64,000 nucleotides of DNA from an uncultured Actinomycetes bacterium (GCA_963704885.1 CAVPIB010000001.1:512001-576000); one strand, 5' to 3'; positions 1 to 10,012 are shown, counted from the stretch's first letter. Numbers and translations are program-made. The notes: generated by a model from the letters alone, not told the origin.

Positions 1-769
1 GCGCGATCCGCATGCCGGTCTGCCCGATCTGCTCCGCGTGCGGCCGCCAGCCCTGGCTCGTCACGGCGCGCGAGACACCTACGGCGCCCCCTAGTGCCGC
101 GGCCAGTTCGTCCAGGCTTCGGAACCCCTCCGCGCTTCCCACGCCTCGGCCGCCGCCCACCACAACGCGCGCATCGCCTAGTGAGATCCGATCGCTCTGC
201 GGTGCCTCGCGCCGGCTGACCATGACCCGCAGGTCGTCTTCCGATAGCGAGGGCGCGATCGTGCTGACGACCGGATCCCCACCAGGTGCTTCCTCGGGCA
301 GCAGGGCGTGGGGCGCGACCGTGAGCAGTTTCACGCTCCCGGACAGGCGAGCCTCCTCCAGGAGGCTTCCCCCCCAGCGCTGGCGCGTGACGAGGTACTC
401 GTCGCCCGGCTCGACCTCGATGCAGTTCGCGGCGAGCGGCTGCGCGGTCTTCGCCGCGACGTACGCCATGACCTCGTTCCCTCGGTCGCTGCCTGTGGCC
501 AGAAGGGCTTGCGGTGACGACTCACCCATGACGTCCAGGATGCCCTGCGCCCATCCTGCCGGTGCGAAGTCCGAGAGGCGCTCGTCCCACACGGTGTGCA
601 CGGTCCCCACCCCGAAGGCCTTCATCTGGCCGGCCATGGCGTCCGTTCCGATCGCGACGGCCTCGAGCGGCACGCCCACCGACGCCGCCAGACCTCGTCC
701 GAACGTCAGAGCTTCCAGCGACAGCGTGTCCGCCACGCCGCCCTCGTGGTCCACCCAGACCAGGATCAT
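1..769 (-). CDS. etfA: Electron transfer flavoprotein alpha subunit (runs off window edge)
   Basis: ATG at 769 overlaps the etfB stop (ATGA). Reads MILVWVDHEGG...ARVVVGGGRGVGS...LGGAVGVSRAV...QIGQTG, which are ETF-alpha FAD-domain motifs. Confidence 0.9.
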   Translation of the reverse strand, partial: MILVWVDHEGGVADTLSLEALTFGRGLAASVGVPLEAVAIGTDAMAGQMKAFGVGTVHTVWDERLSDFAPAGWAQGILDVMGESSPQALLATGSDRGNEVMAYVAAKTAQPLAANCIEVEPGDEYLVTRQRWGGSLLEEARLSGSVKLLTVAPHALLPEEAPGGDPVVSTIAPSLSEDDLRVMVSRREAPQSDRISLGDARVVVGGGRGVGSAEGFRSLDELAAALGGAVGVSRAVTSQGWRPHAEQIGQTGMRIA

Positions 770-1539
770 CGCTCGACCAATCCGAGCCGCGTCAAGACCT
801 CGACGACCGCCGCGGCGGCATCTGGGCCCTCGCCCAGGATCTCGACCGAGCCCTCCTGCTCCAGGGGAAGCTTCAGCCGAACCCGCTCGAGCCCGGCGGG
901 CACCGGGGTCGGCGCGATGCGTTCGATCTCTTTCTTCTTGGCGCGCATGCGTCCCGGGACCGAGGGATAGCGCGGGAGGTTGATGCCCTCCTTGACGGTG
1001 AAGACCGCCGGAAGCGCAACCTCGAAGATCTCCCATCCGCCCGCGGCGGCCTCTCGCCGCGCCGTGGCTCTGCCGTTCGAGACCTCTAGCCCTTTGATCC
1101 CCGATACGCACGGCAGGCCGAGCGTATGCGCGACCCTGATCGCCACCTGGTAGTCGCCCGTGTCGGCGGCCTCGTTGCCGAACATCAAGACGTCGAACCC
1201 GCGGCCCGCCTCCCGCTCGGCGCGGACCGTCTCCACGATAGCGCCCGCTGTGGCCGTCGGGTCCCACTCGGACCCGTCCGTCTCCAGCAGGATCGCGCGA
1301 TCCACACCCGTCGCTACCGCATCGCGGAGCTGCTCGGCCGCCACCTCCGGTCCCAGCGTCAGGACCGTGGCGCTCCCGCCGTGGGCCTCGACCAGGCGGA
1401 CGGCCTCTTCGACGGCGCACTCCTCGTGCGGGCTGACGGTGAACCCCAGGAACTTGGTGTCGATCGCCTGCTGGTCCTCGGTGAGGGTGATGCGGCCGCC
1501 CGTCGCCGGGACGCGTTTGACGCAGACCAGTATCTCCAC
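766..1539 (-). CDS. etfB: Electron transfer flavoprotein beta subunit
   Basis: MEILVCVKRVP, ECAVEEAVRL, GNEAADTG, INLPRYPS. Confidence 0.93.
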   Translation of the reverse strand: MEILVCVKRVPATGGRITLTEDQQAIDTKFLGFTVSPHEECAVEEAVRLVEAHGGSATVLTLGPEVAAEQLRDAVATGVDRAILLETDGSEWDPTATAGAIVETVRAEREAGRGFDVLMFGNEAADTGDYQVAIRVAHTLGLPCVSGIKGLEVSNGRATARREAAAGGWEIFEVALPAVFTVKEGINLPRYPSVPGRMRAKKKEIERIAPTPVPAGLERVRLKLPLEQEGSVEILGEGPDAAAAVVEVLTRLGLVER

Positions 1540-1542
1540 GTC

Positions 1543-4059
1543 TTAGCCCTTCATCCGGGCGTTCTCAGGATCGAACAGCGGTGTGCTCCCCGCCACCGCG
1601 ACCGTCACCGGATAGCGTTCGCCGAAGTATTCGACGGCGAGCTCGACGCCCTCGCGTGCGTGCTCCGGCGGGAGGTAGCTCATGAGCAGATGTTTGCCGA
1701 CCGAGGGGCCTGACCCGGCGCTGGTGACGAACGAGCGCGTCCCGGTCGCGTCGGCGATCGGGTCGCCGTCGCGGGTGACGATGGGCTCGCGACCCATCAT
1801 GTAGCGGGCGACGCCGGAGGCAGACGTCGGATCGTCCACCGTCAGGGTGCAGAGCACCCGTACCGGATCCTCCGTTCGCTGCTTCAGGTAGGCGTCCTTG
1901 CCCACGAAGTCGTCGTCCTTGACGGTCGCCCGCGCCATACCGGCCTGGACCAGGTCGTGCTCCAGGTCCAGCTCGTTGCCGTGCGCTCGGTACCCTTTCT
2001 CCAGGCGTGCGGTCACCGCGTAGGCGCCGATCCCGACCGGGGCCATGTCGTGCGTCCGACCCGCCTCCCACAGCAGGTCCCACACCCGCGCTCCCTGCTC
2101 CATGGGGACGTAGATCTCCCAACCCAGCTCTCCCACGTAGGAGATGCGCGACGCAAGCGCCCGCACCGGCCCGAGCGTGATCCAGCGGCAGGTGGCGAAC
2201 CCGAAAGCATCGTCGGACATGTCGTCTTCGGTCACCGAGCCGACCACGTCGCGGGCGCGCGGACCCCACACACCCACCGTGCAGAGCGCCGACGTCGCGT
2301 CGAACAGCTGCGCCGAGCCGTCGTGGGGCAGATGGTCCAAGATCCACTTCCGATCGGCCATCCCGCCGTGGCCGCCCGTCACCACTCGGAACGACCGCTC
2401 ACCCAAGCGCATGATCGTGAGGTCCGCCTTGATGCCGCCCGCGTCGTTCAGGAAGGGCGTGTACACCACGCGGCCGACGGGCACGTCCATCCGGGCGACG
2501 GCGAGCCTCTGCAGGGTAGCCAGCGCGCCTGGACCTTCTACGTCGAAGATGGCGAACGCCGACAGGTCGACCATCCCGACCCGGTCACGCATGGCCAGGT
2601 GCTCGGCGTTGATGATCGGGGACCACCATCGCGACTCCCATTCCGCCTCGCGCGGCATCACGCGGTCGCCGTACTCATCCAGAAGCGAGGCGTTGGAGCC
2701 GTACCAGTACGGCCGCTCCCAGCCGACCGCCTCGTAGAACACGGCGTCCAGCTCGCGCTCCCGCGCGTTGAACGGACTCAGCCGCACGTCGCGGTTCGAT
2801 GCCCATTGCTCCATGGGGTGGACGATGCCGTACGTCTTGTTGAATCCCTCGGCCGAGCGCGACTCGATGTGGGCTCGCGTCCGCTGATGCGGGTAGAAGC
2901 GAGCGATGTCCGATCCGTGCGGGTCGATCTCGGGCTTGCCGTCCGTCATCCACTCGGCGACCATGCTGGCGATCCCCGGCGCCTCCTTGATCCAGATGGC
3001 GGCGGCGGACCAGAGACCTCCGACCTCGGGCGTCTCGCCCAGGATCGGCATCCCGTCGGGCGTCAGGGACAACAGGCCGTTGATCCCGTAGCGGATGCCG
3101 ACCCTCTCGTCGCCCAAGATGTCGGGCACGAGCTCGAGCGCCTGCTCCATCTGCGGATCGAAGTCGTCCTGCGTCAAAGGGAGCTCGGTGGGGGAGAGCG
3201 CCGACTCCTCGATCGAGGGGATGTCGTCGGCGTCCATCAGGATCGGCCGGTGCGCGTAGGAGCCGACCTCCAGGTCGCCTCCGTGCTGGCGCTCGTACAT
3301 GTTGGTGTCCATGTCACGGACGATCGGGTAGGAGATCTCGCCGACCGTGTCGGCGAACAGCGGCACGGGCCCGACGCTGATCATCTGGTGGACGGCGGGC
3401 GTGAGCGGGATGGAGGCGCCGGCCATCTTGGCGATGCGCGGGCTCCAGATCCCGCAACACACCACGACGGTCTCGGCCCGGATGTCACCCTCGGTCGTGC
3501 GAACGCCGCGCACGCGCCCGCCTTCGACGTCGACGCCGGTGATCTCGGCGCCGGCCACCACGGTCAGTGCACCGAGCTCGGTCGCTTTCTCGCGCATCAG
3601 CGTGCCGGCACGCAGCGAGTCCACCACGCCGACGCCCGGCGTGTGGAAGCCGCCCAGGATCACGCCCTCCTCCACGTAGGGCACCAGCTCCTTCACCTGC
3701 GCGGGCGTGAGCAGTTCGGAGTCGATCCCCCACGAGCGGCTGGACGCCATCCGCCGCTTCAGCTCCTCCATCCGCTCGGGGGTGCGCGCCACCTCGATGC
3801 CGCCGCTCTGGGTGAAGACGCCGAGGTGCTGGTACTGGTGGACGCTGTCCAGCGTGAGGTCTGTCATCTCCTTGGAGTGATCCACCAGGAAGATGAAGTT
3901 GGAGGCGTGTCCGGTGGAGCCGCCCGGGTTGGGGAGCGGCCCCTTGTCCAGGAGCACGATGTCCTTCCATCCGTGCAGGGCCAGTTGGTAGGCGATGCTG
4001 TTACCGACGATGCCGGCGCCGATCACGACGACACCAGCTTCGGAAGGCGTTGGGCTCAT
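1543..4059 (-). CDS. GcvT-family FAD-dependent oxidoreductase (dimethylglycine/sarcosine dehydrogenase/oxidase-like)
   Basis: GAGIVG FAD motif, GSTGHA, GWERP, DLSAF, C-terminal aminomethyltransferase (folate-binding) domain; co-oriented with etfBA. Confidence 0.88.
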   Translation of the reverse strand: MSPTPSEAGVVVIGAGIVGNSIAYQLALHGWKDIVLLDKGPLPNPGGSTGHASNFIFLVDHSKEMTDLTLDSVHQYQHLGVFTQSGGIEVARTPERMEELKRRMASSRSWGIDSELLTPAQVKELVPYVEEGVILGGFHTPGVGVVDSLRAGTLMREKATELGALTVVAGAEITGVDVEGGRVRGVRTTEGDIRAETVVVCCGIWSPRIAKMAGASIPLTPAVHQMISVGPVPLFADTVGEISYPIVRDMDTNMYERQHGGDLEVGSYAHRPILMDADDIPSIEESALSPTELPLTQDDFDPQMEQALELVPDILGDERVGIRYGINGLLSLTPDGMPILGETPEVGGLWSAAAIWIKEAPGIASMVAEWMTDGKPEIDPHGSDIARFYPHQRTRAHIESRSAEGFNKTYGIVHPMEQWASNRDVRLSPFNARERELDAVFYEAVGWERPYWYGSNASLLDEYGDRVMPREAEWESRWWSPIINAEHLAMRDRVGMVDLSAFAIFDVEGPGALATLQRLAVARMDVPVGRVVYTPFLNDAGGIKADLTIMRLGERSFRVVTGGHGGMADRKWILDHLPHDGSAQLFDATSALCTVGVWGPRARDVVGSVTEDDMSDDAFGFATCRWITLGPVRALASRISYVGELGWEIYVPMEQGARVWDLLWEAGRTHDMAPVGIGAYAVTARLEKGYRAHGNELDLEHDLVQAGMARATVKDDDFVGKDAYLKQRTEDPVRVLCTLTVDDPTSASGVARYMMGREPIVTRDGDPIADATGTRSFVTSAGSGPSVGKHLLMSYLPPEHAREGVELAVEYFGERYPVTVAVAGSTPLFDPENARMKG

Positions 4060-4126
4060 GCGGCCGGGCTCCTCTCGGGTTCCAGGGACGCATGATGACG
4101 GACCGCGCCGCCGGTTGTCTCGTCGC

Positions 4127-4396
4127 TCAGGCGGTCGGGTCGGCCGACTTCGACGCTTTGGCGATCACGCTGATCGCGACCGACCCCTGCCGCTCCTCGG
4201 GGATCAGTCGACGCATCAATCCCACGATCTCGTCGGTGAAGAGTGGGTACAGCTGCGCGTCGGCTATCCCATACGGTTGATGCGCACCGATCCAGATATC
4301 GGAGAAGCCGATCCTGTCCATCTTCCGGGCGAAGACACGCTCTGCTATGGCGTCAGACACTCATCCGGCCCAGGCGGCATCACTCGTCAAGAACAT
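4127..4396 (-). CDS. Small protein resembling the C-terminal part of ArsM-like methyltransferases, with an in-frame TGA (candidate Sec); may be a gene remnant
   Basis: MFLTSDAAWAG*VSDAIAERVFARK...YPLF...; TGA at 4361-4363 sits in a WAG-C-like motif. Confidence 0.45.
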
Positions 4397-4652
4397 CGAC
4401 GCGGCGTTCTCCCATCCGCTCCGGTGGAACGAGCGCCGTGGGCACGACCGTCTCTGGATCCTCGACGTTGGAGGCACTCAGCTCACCGTCGATGCATCCT
4501 TCTTCCCCGGAGGAGTGACTCGGATCGGGCGGAGCTCCTGCATATCGCGGAGTCCGTCACGACCGAGTGAGGCGCCGACTCTCGACGCGAGCCCCCTGAC
4601 ACTCCAGAGTCCCTCGTGAACCGTTCGGTGGCGTTGAAGCGACAGGTGGGAT

Positions 4653-5189
4653 ATGAGGGACGAGCACGACGACGACCCATCGGATGATCGCCTCGTCGTT
4701 GCGATCGGCGGCGGTGATGGCGACGCGCTGCGAACGCTCTACGAGCGCCACGCGCCCTGGCTGATCCTGCGCCTCTCGCGCCGGTGCGCCGATCCCGCGA
4801 TCGTCGAGGAGGTCGTCCAGGACACGTTCCTCGCCGTGTGGCGAGGCGCCCGCCGCTACCGCGGTCAGGGTGAGGTGGCCGCCTGGATCTGGGGGATCGG
4901 GATCCGCCGTCTGATCGACCATCTGCGCCGGCGTTCGATGCTCTCGGCGTTCCGCGAGCGGTCGCGGATGGAGCCCTCAGCCGAGGAAATGGTCCTGCTC
5001 GGGATCGAGCACGGCGACGTGGGAAGCGCGATGAACCGGCTCTCACCGGAGCTGCGCGCGGTCCTGCAAGCCACGATCTTGGACGGCCTGACCACCCGCG
5101 AGGCGGCGCGCCTCCTGGGGATCCCACAAGGCACCGTGAAGACCCGATTGATGAGAGCTCGGCGAGAACTCCGGGAGGCACTGGCATGA
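4653..5189 (+). CDS. ECF RNA polymerase sigma factor
   Basis: EEVVQDTFLAVW region 2; LGIPQGTVKTRLMRAR region 4. Confidence 0.92.
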   Translation: MRDEHDDDPSDDRLVVAIGGGDGDALRTLYERHAPWLILRLSRRCADPAIVEEVVQDTFLAVWRGARRYRGQGEVAAWIWGIGIRRLIDHLRRRSMLSAFRERSRMEPSAEEMVLLGIEHGDVGSAMNRLSPELRAVLQATILDGLTTREAARLLGIPQGTVKTRLMRARRELREALA

Positions 5190-6004
5190 ACTGGCACGTT
5201 CACGACGACACCCTCGACGCGTACACCAGCGGGCGGATCGACGACGCATCGGCACTCTCGGTCGAAGCGCATGTCCTTTCCTGTGCCGCGTGCCGGCACA
5301 CCCTCGCGGGGGGCGTCGATCCTGTCCGCCGGGACCGGATCTGGAACGAGATCGAGGACGCGATCGACGCACCACGGGCCGGCATCGCGGAACGCGTGCT
5401 GATCGCGTTCGGCGTGCGCGCCCACGTGGCGCGACTGGTCGTTACGGCACCGTCCCTTGGTTCGGCCTGGCTGCTGGCCGTGGCGGCGAGCCTGATCTTC
5501 GCTGCGATCGCATCGCGGGCCATCGCGGACGACCCGATGCCGTTCCTGATCCTGGCACCACTGGTGCCCGTCGTGGGTGTCGGCTCAGCGTTCGGGCGGA
5601 CCGGGGACCCTGCGTGGGAGATCGGGCTGGCAACGCCGACCGGTGGCCTCCGGCTGCTGCTCTTCCGCACAGCCGGGGTGCTCGCGGCCTCCATGCTGTT
5701 CGCGGGACTCGCCGCGGTCGCGCTGCCGGAGCCGGGCTGGAGCGCGGCGGCCTGGCTCCTGCCGGCGCTCGCCTTCACGATGCTCACCCTCGCCTTGTCG
5801 ACCACGGCGATGTCGGCGACCACCGCGGCCACGGTCGTGGGGGCAGGCTGGCTCGCCACGGTCGCCGTGATCGAACGCCTCGCGACCGAGCCGCTCGCCT
5901 CGTACGGGGCGGCCGCCCAGGTTTCCTTCGCCGTCCTCGCCGTCGTGTCGGTGGCGGTGGTGGCGGCTCGCCATGCGGCTTTCGAACGACCAACACAGAT
6001 CTGA
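5186..6004 (+). CDS. zf-HC2 (ZAS) anti-sigma factor with multi-pass membrane domain
   Basis: HVLSCAAC (Hx3Cx2C) followed by about 6 TM helices; overlaps the sigma stop. Confidence 0.85.
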   Translation: MNWHVHDDTLDAYTSGRIDDASALSVEAHVLSCAACRHTLAGGVDPVRRDRIWNEIEDAIDAPRAGIAERVLIAFGVRAHVARLVVTAPSLGSAWLLAVAASLIFAAIASRAIADDPMPFLILAPLVPVVGVGSAFGRTGDPAWEIGLATPTGGLRLLLFRTAGVLAASMLFAGLAAVALPEPGWSAAAWLLPALAFTMLTLALSTTAMSATTAATVVGAGWLATVAVIERLATEPLASYGAAAQVSFAVLAVVSVAVVAARHAAFERPTQI

Positions 6005-6013
6005 AGGGAGCAC

Positions 6014-6886
6014 GTGATGGATGCGATGAACATCGAGATGACGGAGATCGAGAAGCGGTTCGGAGCGGTGCGCGCGCTCGACCACGTCTCGTTCTCTGCA
6101 GGACCCGGCGTGACGGGGCTGCTCGGCCCCAACGGCGCGGGCAAGACCACGCTGCTGCGATTGGTCGCCACCGTGCTGGCGCCCGACGGTGGCACGATCC
6201 GGCTCCTCGACCGGGATCCGGCGCGATCCGGCGATCGGGTCGAGATCCGGCGCCGCCTCGGCTACATGCCGCAGGAGCCCGGCTTCTACCAGCGGTTCAC
6301 CGCGTTCGAGTTCGTGGACTACGTGGCGATCCTGAAGGAGATGACCGACCGCACGGTCCGTCACGACGAGGTGCGCCGGGTCCTGGGCCAGGTCGGGCTC
6401 GGCGATGTCGCCCGTCGGAAGATCAAGACGCTCTCCGGTGGGATGCGGCGGCGACTCGCGCTCGCGCAGGCGTTGCTCGGCGATGCCGACCTCCTCCTGC
6501 TGGATGAACCCACCGCCGGCCTCGACCCCGAGCAACGCCTGCGCTTCCGGGAAGTGGTGTCCCAGCTCCCCAACCGCCCAACCGTGCTGCTGTCGACGCA
6601 CCAGACCGAAGACATCACGGCGCTCTGCGAACGGGTCATCGTCCTCGCTGGCGGACATATGCGGTTCGACGGCGCGCCGAACGATCTCGCCCGGACGGCC
6701 GGCGGACATGTCTGGGTCGGCGACGAGCGGGATCCCGAAGCCGTCCTGTCGTGGCGGATGGGCGACGGGCGGCACCGCCACATCGGCGATCCGCCCCCCG
6801 GGGCCTCGATGGTGGACCCGACGATCGACGACGCCTACCTGCTGCTGGCGGGGAATGAACGGCAGCTCGAGGGAGCGGCGGCATGA
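6014..6886 (+). CDS. ABC transporter ATP-binding protein
   Basis: GPNGAGKTT, LSGGM, LLLDEP. Confidence 0.93.
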   Translation: MMDAMNIEMTEIEKRFGAVRALDHVSFSAGPGVTGLLGPNGAGKTTLLRLVATVLAPDGGTIRLLDRDPARSGDRVEIRRRLGYMPQEPGFYQRFTAFEFVDYVAILKEMTDRTVRHDEVRRVLGQVGLGDVARRKIKTLSGGMRRRLALAQALLGDADLLLLDEPTAGLDPEQRLRFREVVSQLPNRPTVLLSTHQTEDITALCERVIVLAGGHMRFDGAPNDLARTAGGHVWVGDERDPEAVLSWRMGDGRHRHIGDPPPGASMVDPTIDDAYLLLAGNERQLEGAAA

Positions 6887-7680
6887 GGGCGGCGACGAGC
6901 TCACCGACCCCGCGCGTCGTCGCCGCGCTGGCTCGCGCGGAGGGCCGCGAGGCGATCGGCCACCCCGTTCTGATCGTCGGCGTGGTGTTCGTCCTCATCG
7001 GAAGCGTCCCCTTCCTGGTGTCGGTCTTCACGCGAACGGGTGTCTCGTGGGGCGACGACGGATGGACCGTCGGTGTGGGCTTCATGTTGTACGGGATCCT
7101 GACAATGGTTGCCGCGAACCAGGCCGCGCTCCGGGACCGCCGGCAGCACACGCGGGAGCAACACGCGACGCTCCCGGTGCCCATGCCGACGCGGACGAGC
7201 GGCCTGCTCGCCGCGCTGATATGGCCCACCGCGGTCGCGGCCGCGCTCCTTGCGGTGGTCGGCGGCATCGCGACCGCGGGTGGCGTCGGTCTCGAGAGCG
7301 CTCAAGCGGTCGCGGCGGCGGAGCGTGTTTCCGGCGTGCTGCTCCTGGGGGCCATCGGGATCGCGATCGCCTTCTGGATCCCGAACGTCTTCGTCGCACC
7401 CTTGCTGGCGTGGGCGTTCTTCCTCGTGCACCCGGGTGACCCGGCGCAGGCTTGGCACAGCCTCTGGCCCTTCGCCACCCTCGAGAGCACGGGACTGGCG
7501 ATGTGGCACTTCGCCTACGTGGCCGGCCTCACGGTGGCGTTCGCGCTGATCGCGCTCGCGGGGACGAGCCGGCTCCGTTCGCTCGTGGTTCCCGCGCTCG
7601 CCGCAACCGCCGTGATCGCGGCATCGGTCGCAGTTCTGCTGGTTCGAACCTGCCCAGAGCTCCGCCCGTGTCTGCTGTGA
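6883..7680 (+). CDS. Membrane protein, probable ABC permease
   Basis: Multiple hydrophobic segments; ATGA-coupled to the ATPase. Confidence 0.7.
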   Translation: MRAATSSPTPRVVAALARAEGREAIGHPVLIVGVVFVLIGSVPFLVSVFTRTGVSWGDDGWTVGVGFMLYGILTMVAANQAALRDRRQHTREQHATLPVPMPTRTSGLLAALIWPTAVAAALLAVVGGIATAGGVGLESAQAVAAAERVSGVLLLGAIGIAIAFWIPNVFVAPLLAWAFFLVHPGDPAQAWHSLWPFATLESTGLAMWHFAYVAGLTVAFALIALAGTSRLRSLVVPALAATAVIAASVAVLLVRTCPELRPCLL

Positions 7681-8288
7681 GCATGACCGGAGCCCGGGAG
7701 GGCTGGCGCTATCACGCCCGAACGATCCCGGCCCTCCCTCCGGCGGTGGTCACCGCGGTGGCGGTCATGGTCGTCGCGCTTCAACACGGGCAGGCGGCGG
7801 CATTCCCCTTGCAGGTGGTCTCGATCGCGCTCGCCAGCGGCGTCGGTGCCACGCTGGACGATCCGGCGTTCGAGATCATGGCGGCCTCGCCGACCTCGCT
7901 CCTGCGTCGACGCGTGCAGCGTTTCTCCGTCGTCGGGCCGCCGGCCGTGACGCTGTGGGCACTGCTGCTCCTGTGGCAAGGCACGGCAGGAAGCGAGGAG
8001 ACGTGGGCCCTCGTCGCGATGTTCGCCGGATTGATGGGCCTGAGCCTGGGGATCGCCGGCTTCGCAACCCGCCGGTCTAGCCGCGGTCATGGCGGGCTCG
8101 TGGTGGCCCCGACGCTCTTCATCGCCGTGGTCATCTCCACCACGCTGCCACCGCGATGGAGGCCGCTCCCGCTCGGTGACATCCCTGGCGGGTGGACGCC
8201 GATCTATCGGCGGTGGGCCGCGGCCGCGATCGCGGGAGTCCTGGCGTTCCTGCTGTCGTCGCGGGATCCGGCGGTGGGGGTTCGGTAG
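7677..8288 (+). CDS. Membrane protein, probable ABC permease
   Basis: GTGA overlap with the upstream gene; hydrophobic; LDDPA motif. Confidence 0.65.
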   Translation: MSMTGAREGWRYHARTIPALPPAVVTAVAVMVVALQHGQAAAFPLQVVSIALASGVGATLDDPAFEIMAASPTSLLRRRVQRFSVVGPPAVTLWALLLLWQGTAGSEETWALVAMFAGLMGLSLGIAGFATRRSSRGHGGLVVAPTLFIAVVISTTLPPRWRPLPLGDIPGGWTPIYRRWAAAAIAGVLAFLLSSRDPAVGVR

Positions 8289-8339
8289 GGCCTACCGAGA
8301 GAACGCACCGAGCGTCTCGTCGAGCGTTGAGCTGAGGAG

Positions 8340-8435
8340 GTCGAGGCGTTCCTCGTGCGTCGAGCCCAGTGGCAGGCTCGACGCCGCTCTCCGGGCGAGG
8401 CCTTCTCCCGATCGGCTTCTTCGCCTTCCCATGGC
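8340..8435 (+). pseudogene. Decayed tadB-like fragment
   Basis: 8369-8390 matches 10451-10472 (20/22); 8399-8435 matches 10666-10702 (31/37; GLLPIGFFAF vs GLLPVGFFAF). Confidence 0.6.
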
Positions 8436-8748
8436 GCGTGGTCACCGCTCGGCTCGCGATTCGGATCTGGCTTGAGTGCAATAGGTTGGCGATCGGCAGA
8501 CATGACGAGTTGGTCACTGCCCAGGTTGGGGCATCAAACCTCCCAGGTAGTCCCCCGGCAGCAGCCCGATACGTCCCCCGGCGTGGCCCCCAGAATCGGT
8601 CGCCTTGGGGATGGATGCGAACGGTGCCCCGGGCTACTGTTCGCTCCTGCCGCTCGACGGGGCACCTGACTGGCCGAGCGGCGCCCCCTCTGCTTCGTTC
8701 CCCCGTGCTTCGTCTTCCCCTCGTGCTGCTTGAAGGGAGGACGGTTTC

Positions 8749-10012
8749 GTGGTCATGACGCACGACACGATGCGGCGGCAACTGCGTGAGCAGCTCCGCG
8801 AACGCGTCGATGCGCGCGGGCTGGCCACAGCGCCGCGCACCGAGCGCCGGCTTCGCGTCCGCGAGGAGGCGCTCTCGCTGCTGCGAGCGAGCGGCGCGAT
8901 CCTCCCGCAGCGCGAGCTGACACGCATGGTCAACGAGGTCTCAGACGAGGTCGTCGGGTTCGGTCCGATCGAGTTCCTGTTGAAGGACCCGAGCGTGACC
9001 GAGGTCATGGTCAATGGACCCGACGACGTGTACGTGGAGCGGGAGGGGCGGATCGAAAGGGCGCCGGATGGCTCTATTCGAGGGGGAGGAGGCCGTCCTG
9101 CATCTGATCGAGCGGATCGTGGGACCCCTGGGTCTTCGGGTCGACGAATCATCGCCTTGGGCGGATGCGCGACTTCCGGAGGGCAGCCGGGTCCATGCGA
9201 TCATCCCGCCTCTCTCGCTCCGCGGTCCCGTGCTCACCATCCGCAAGTTCTCTCCGGTCCCGATCACGGCGGAGGACCTGGTCGCCGGTGGGAGCATCGG
9301 GCCGCGCATGCTGGCGTTCCTATCCGCCTGCGTCCGCGGACGGACGAACGTGATCGTCTCCGGTGGCGCGGGAACGGGCAAGACCACCATGCTCGGCGTC
9401 CTTTCGGCGTTCATCCCCGATGAGGAACGCTTGGTCACGATCGAGGACGCCGCGGAGCTTCGGCTGGCGAAACCGCACGTCATCTCTTTGGAGGCACGCC
9501 CCGCGAACGTCGAGGGCAAGGGCGAGGTCACCGTCCGCGATCTGGTCCGCAACGCCCTCAGGATGCGGCCCGACCGCATCATCGTCGGTGAGGTCCGTGG
9601 CGGCGAGGCGTTGGACATGCTGCAGGCCATGAACACAGGACACGAAGGCTCGCTCTCGACCGCCCACGCGAACTCCACCCGACATCTGCTCTGGCGGCTG
9701 GAGACCATGGCGATGATGTCGGACGTCAACCTCCCCGCGGCGCACATCCGAAATCAGGTGTGTGCCGCCGTCGATGTCATAGTCCATCTCGCGCGTCTGC
9801 GTGGCGGCCGCAGGGTCGTGTGGGAGGTGGCCGCGGTCGAAGGGACCCGTCGCGCAGAGCCGGTGGTCACGCCGCTCTTCCGGTTCCGGTCGCGGATGGG
9901 AGAGGCCGGCGGCTTCGAAGCGACCGGTTCGATCCCTCAGCTGTCGTCGGCACTCGCGGATCGAGGAGAGCTCGTGCCGGACGGCTTGTTCGAGGCGGGC
10001 CTCGACCGATGA
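8749..10012 (+). CDS. cpaF: CpaF/TadA pilus assembly ATPase (+1 frameshift near 9072)
   Basis: EVMVNGPD, IRKF, GGAGTGKTT, TIEDAAEL, LRMRPDRIIVGEVRG, AMNTGH, split over two frames. Confidence 0.88.
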
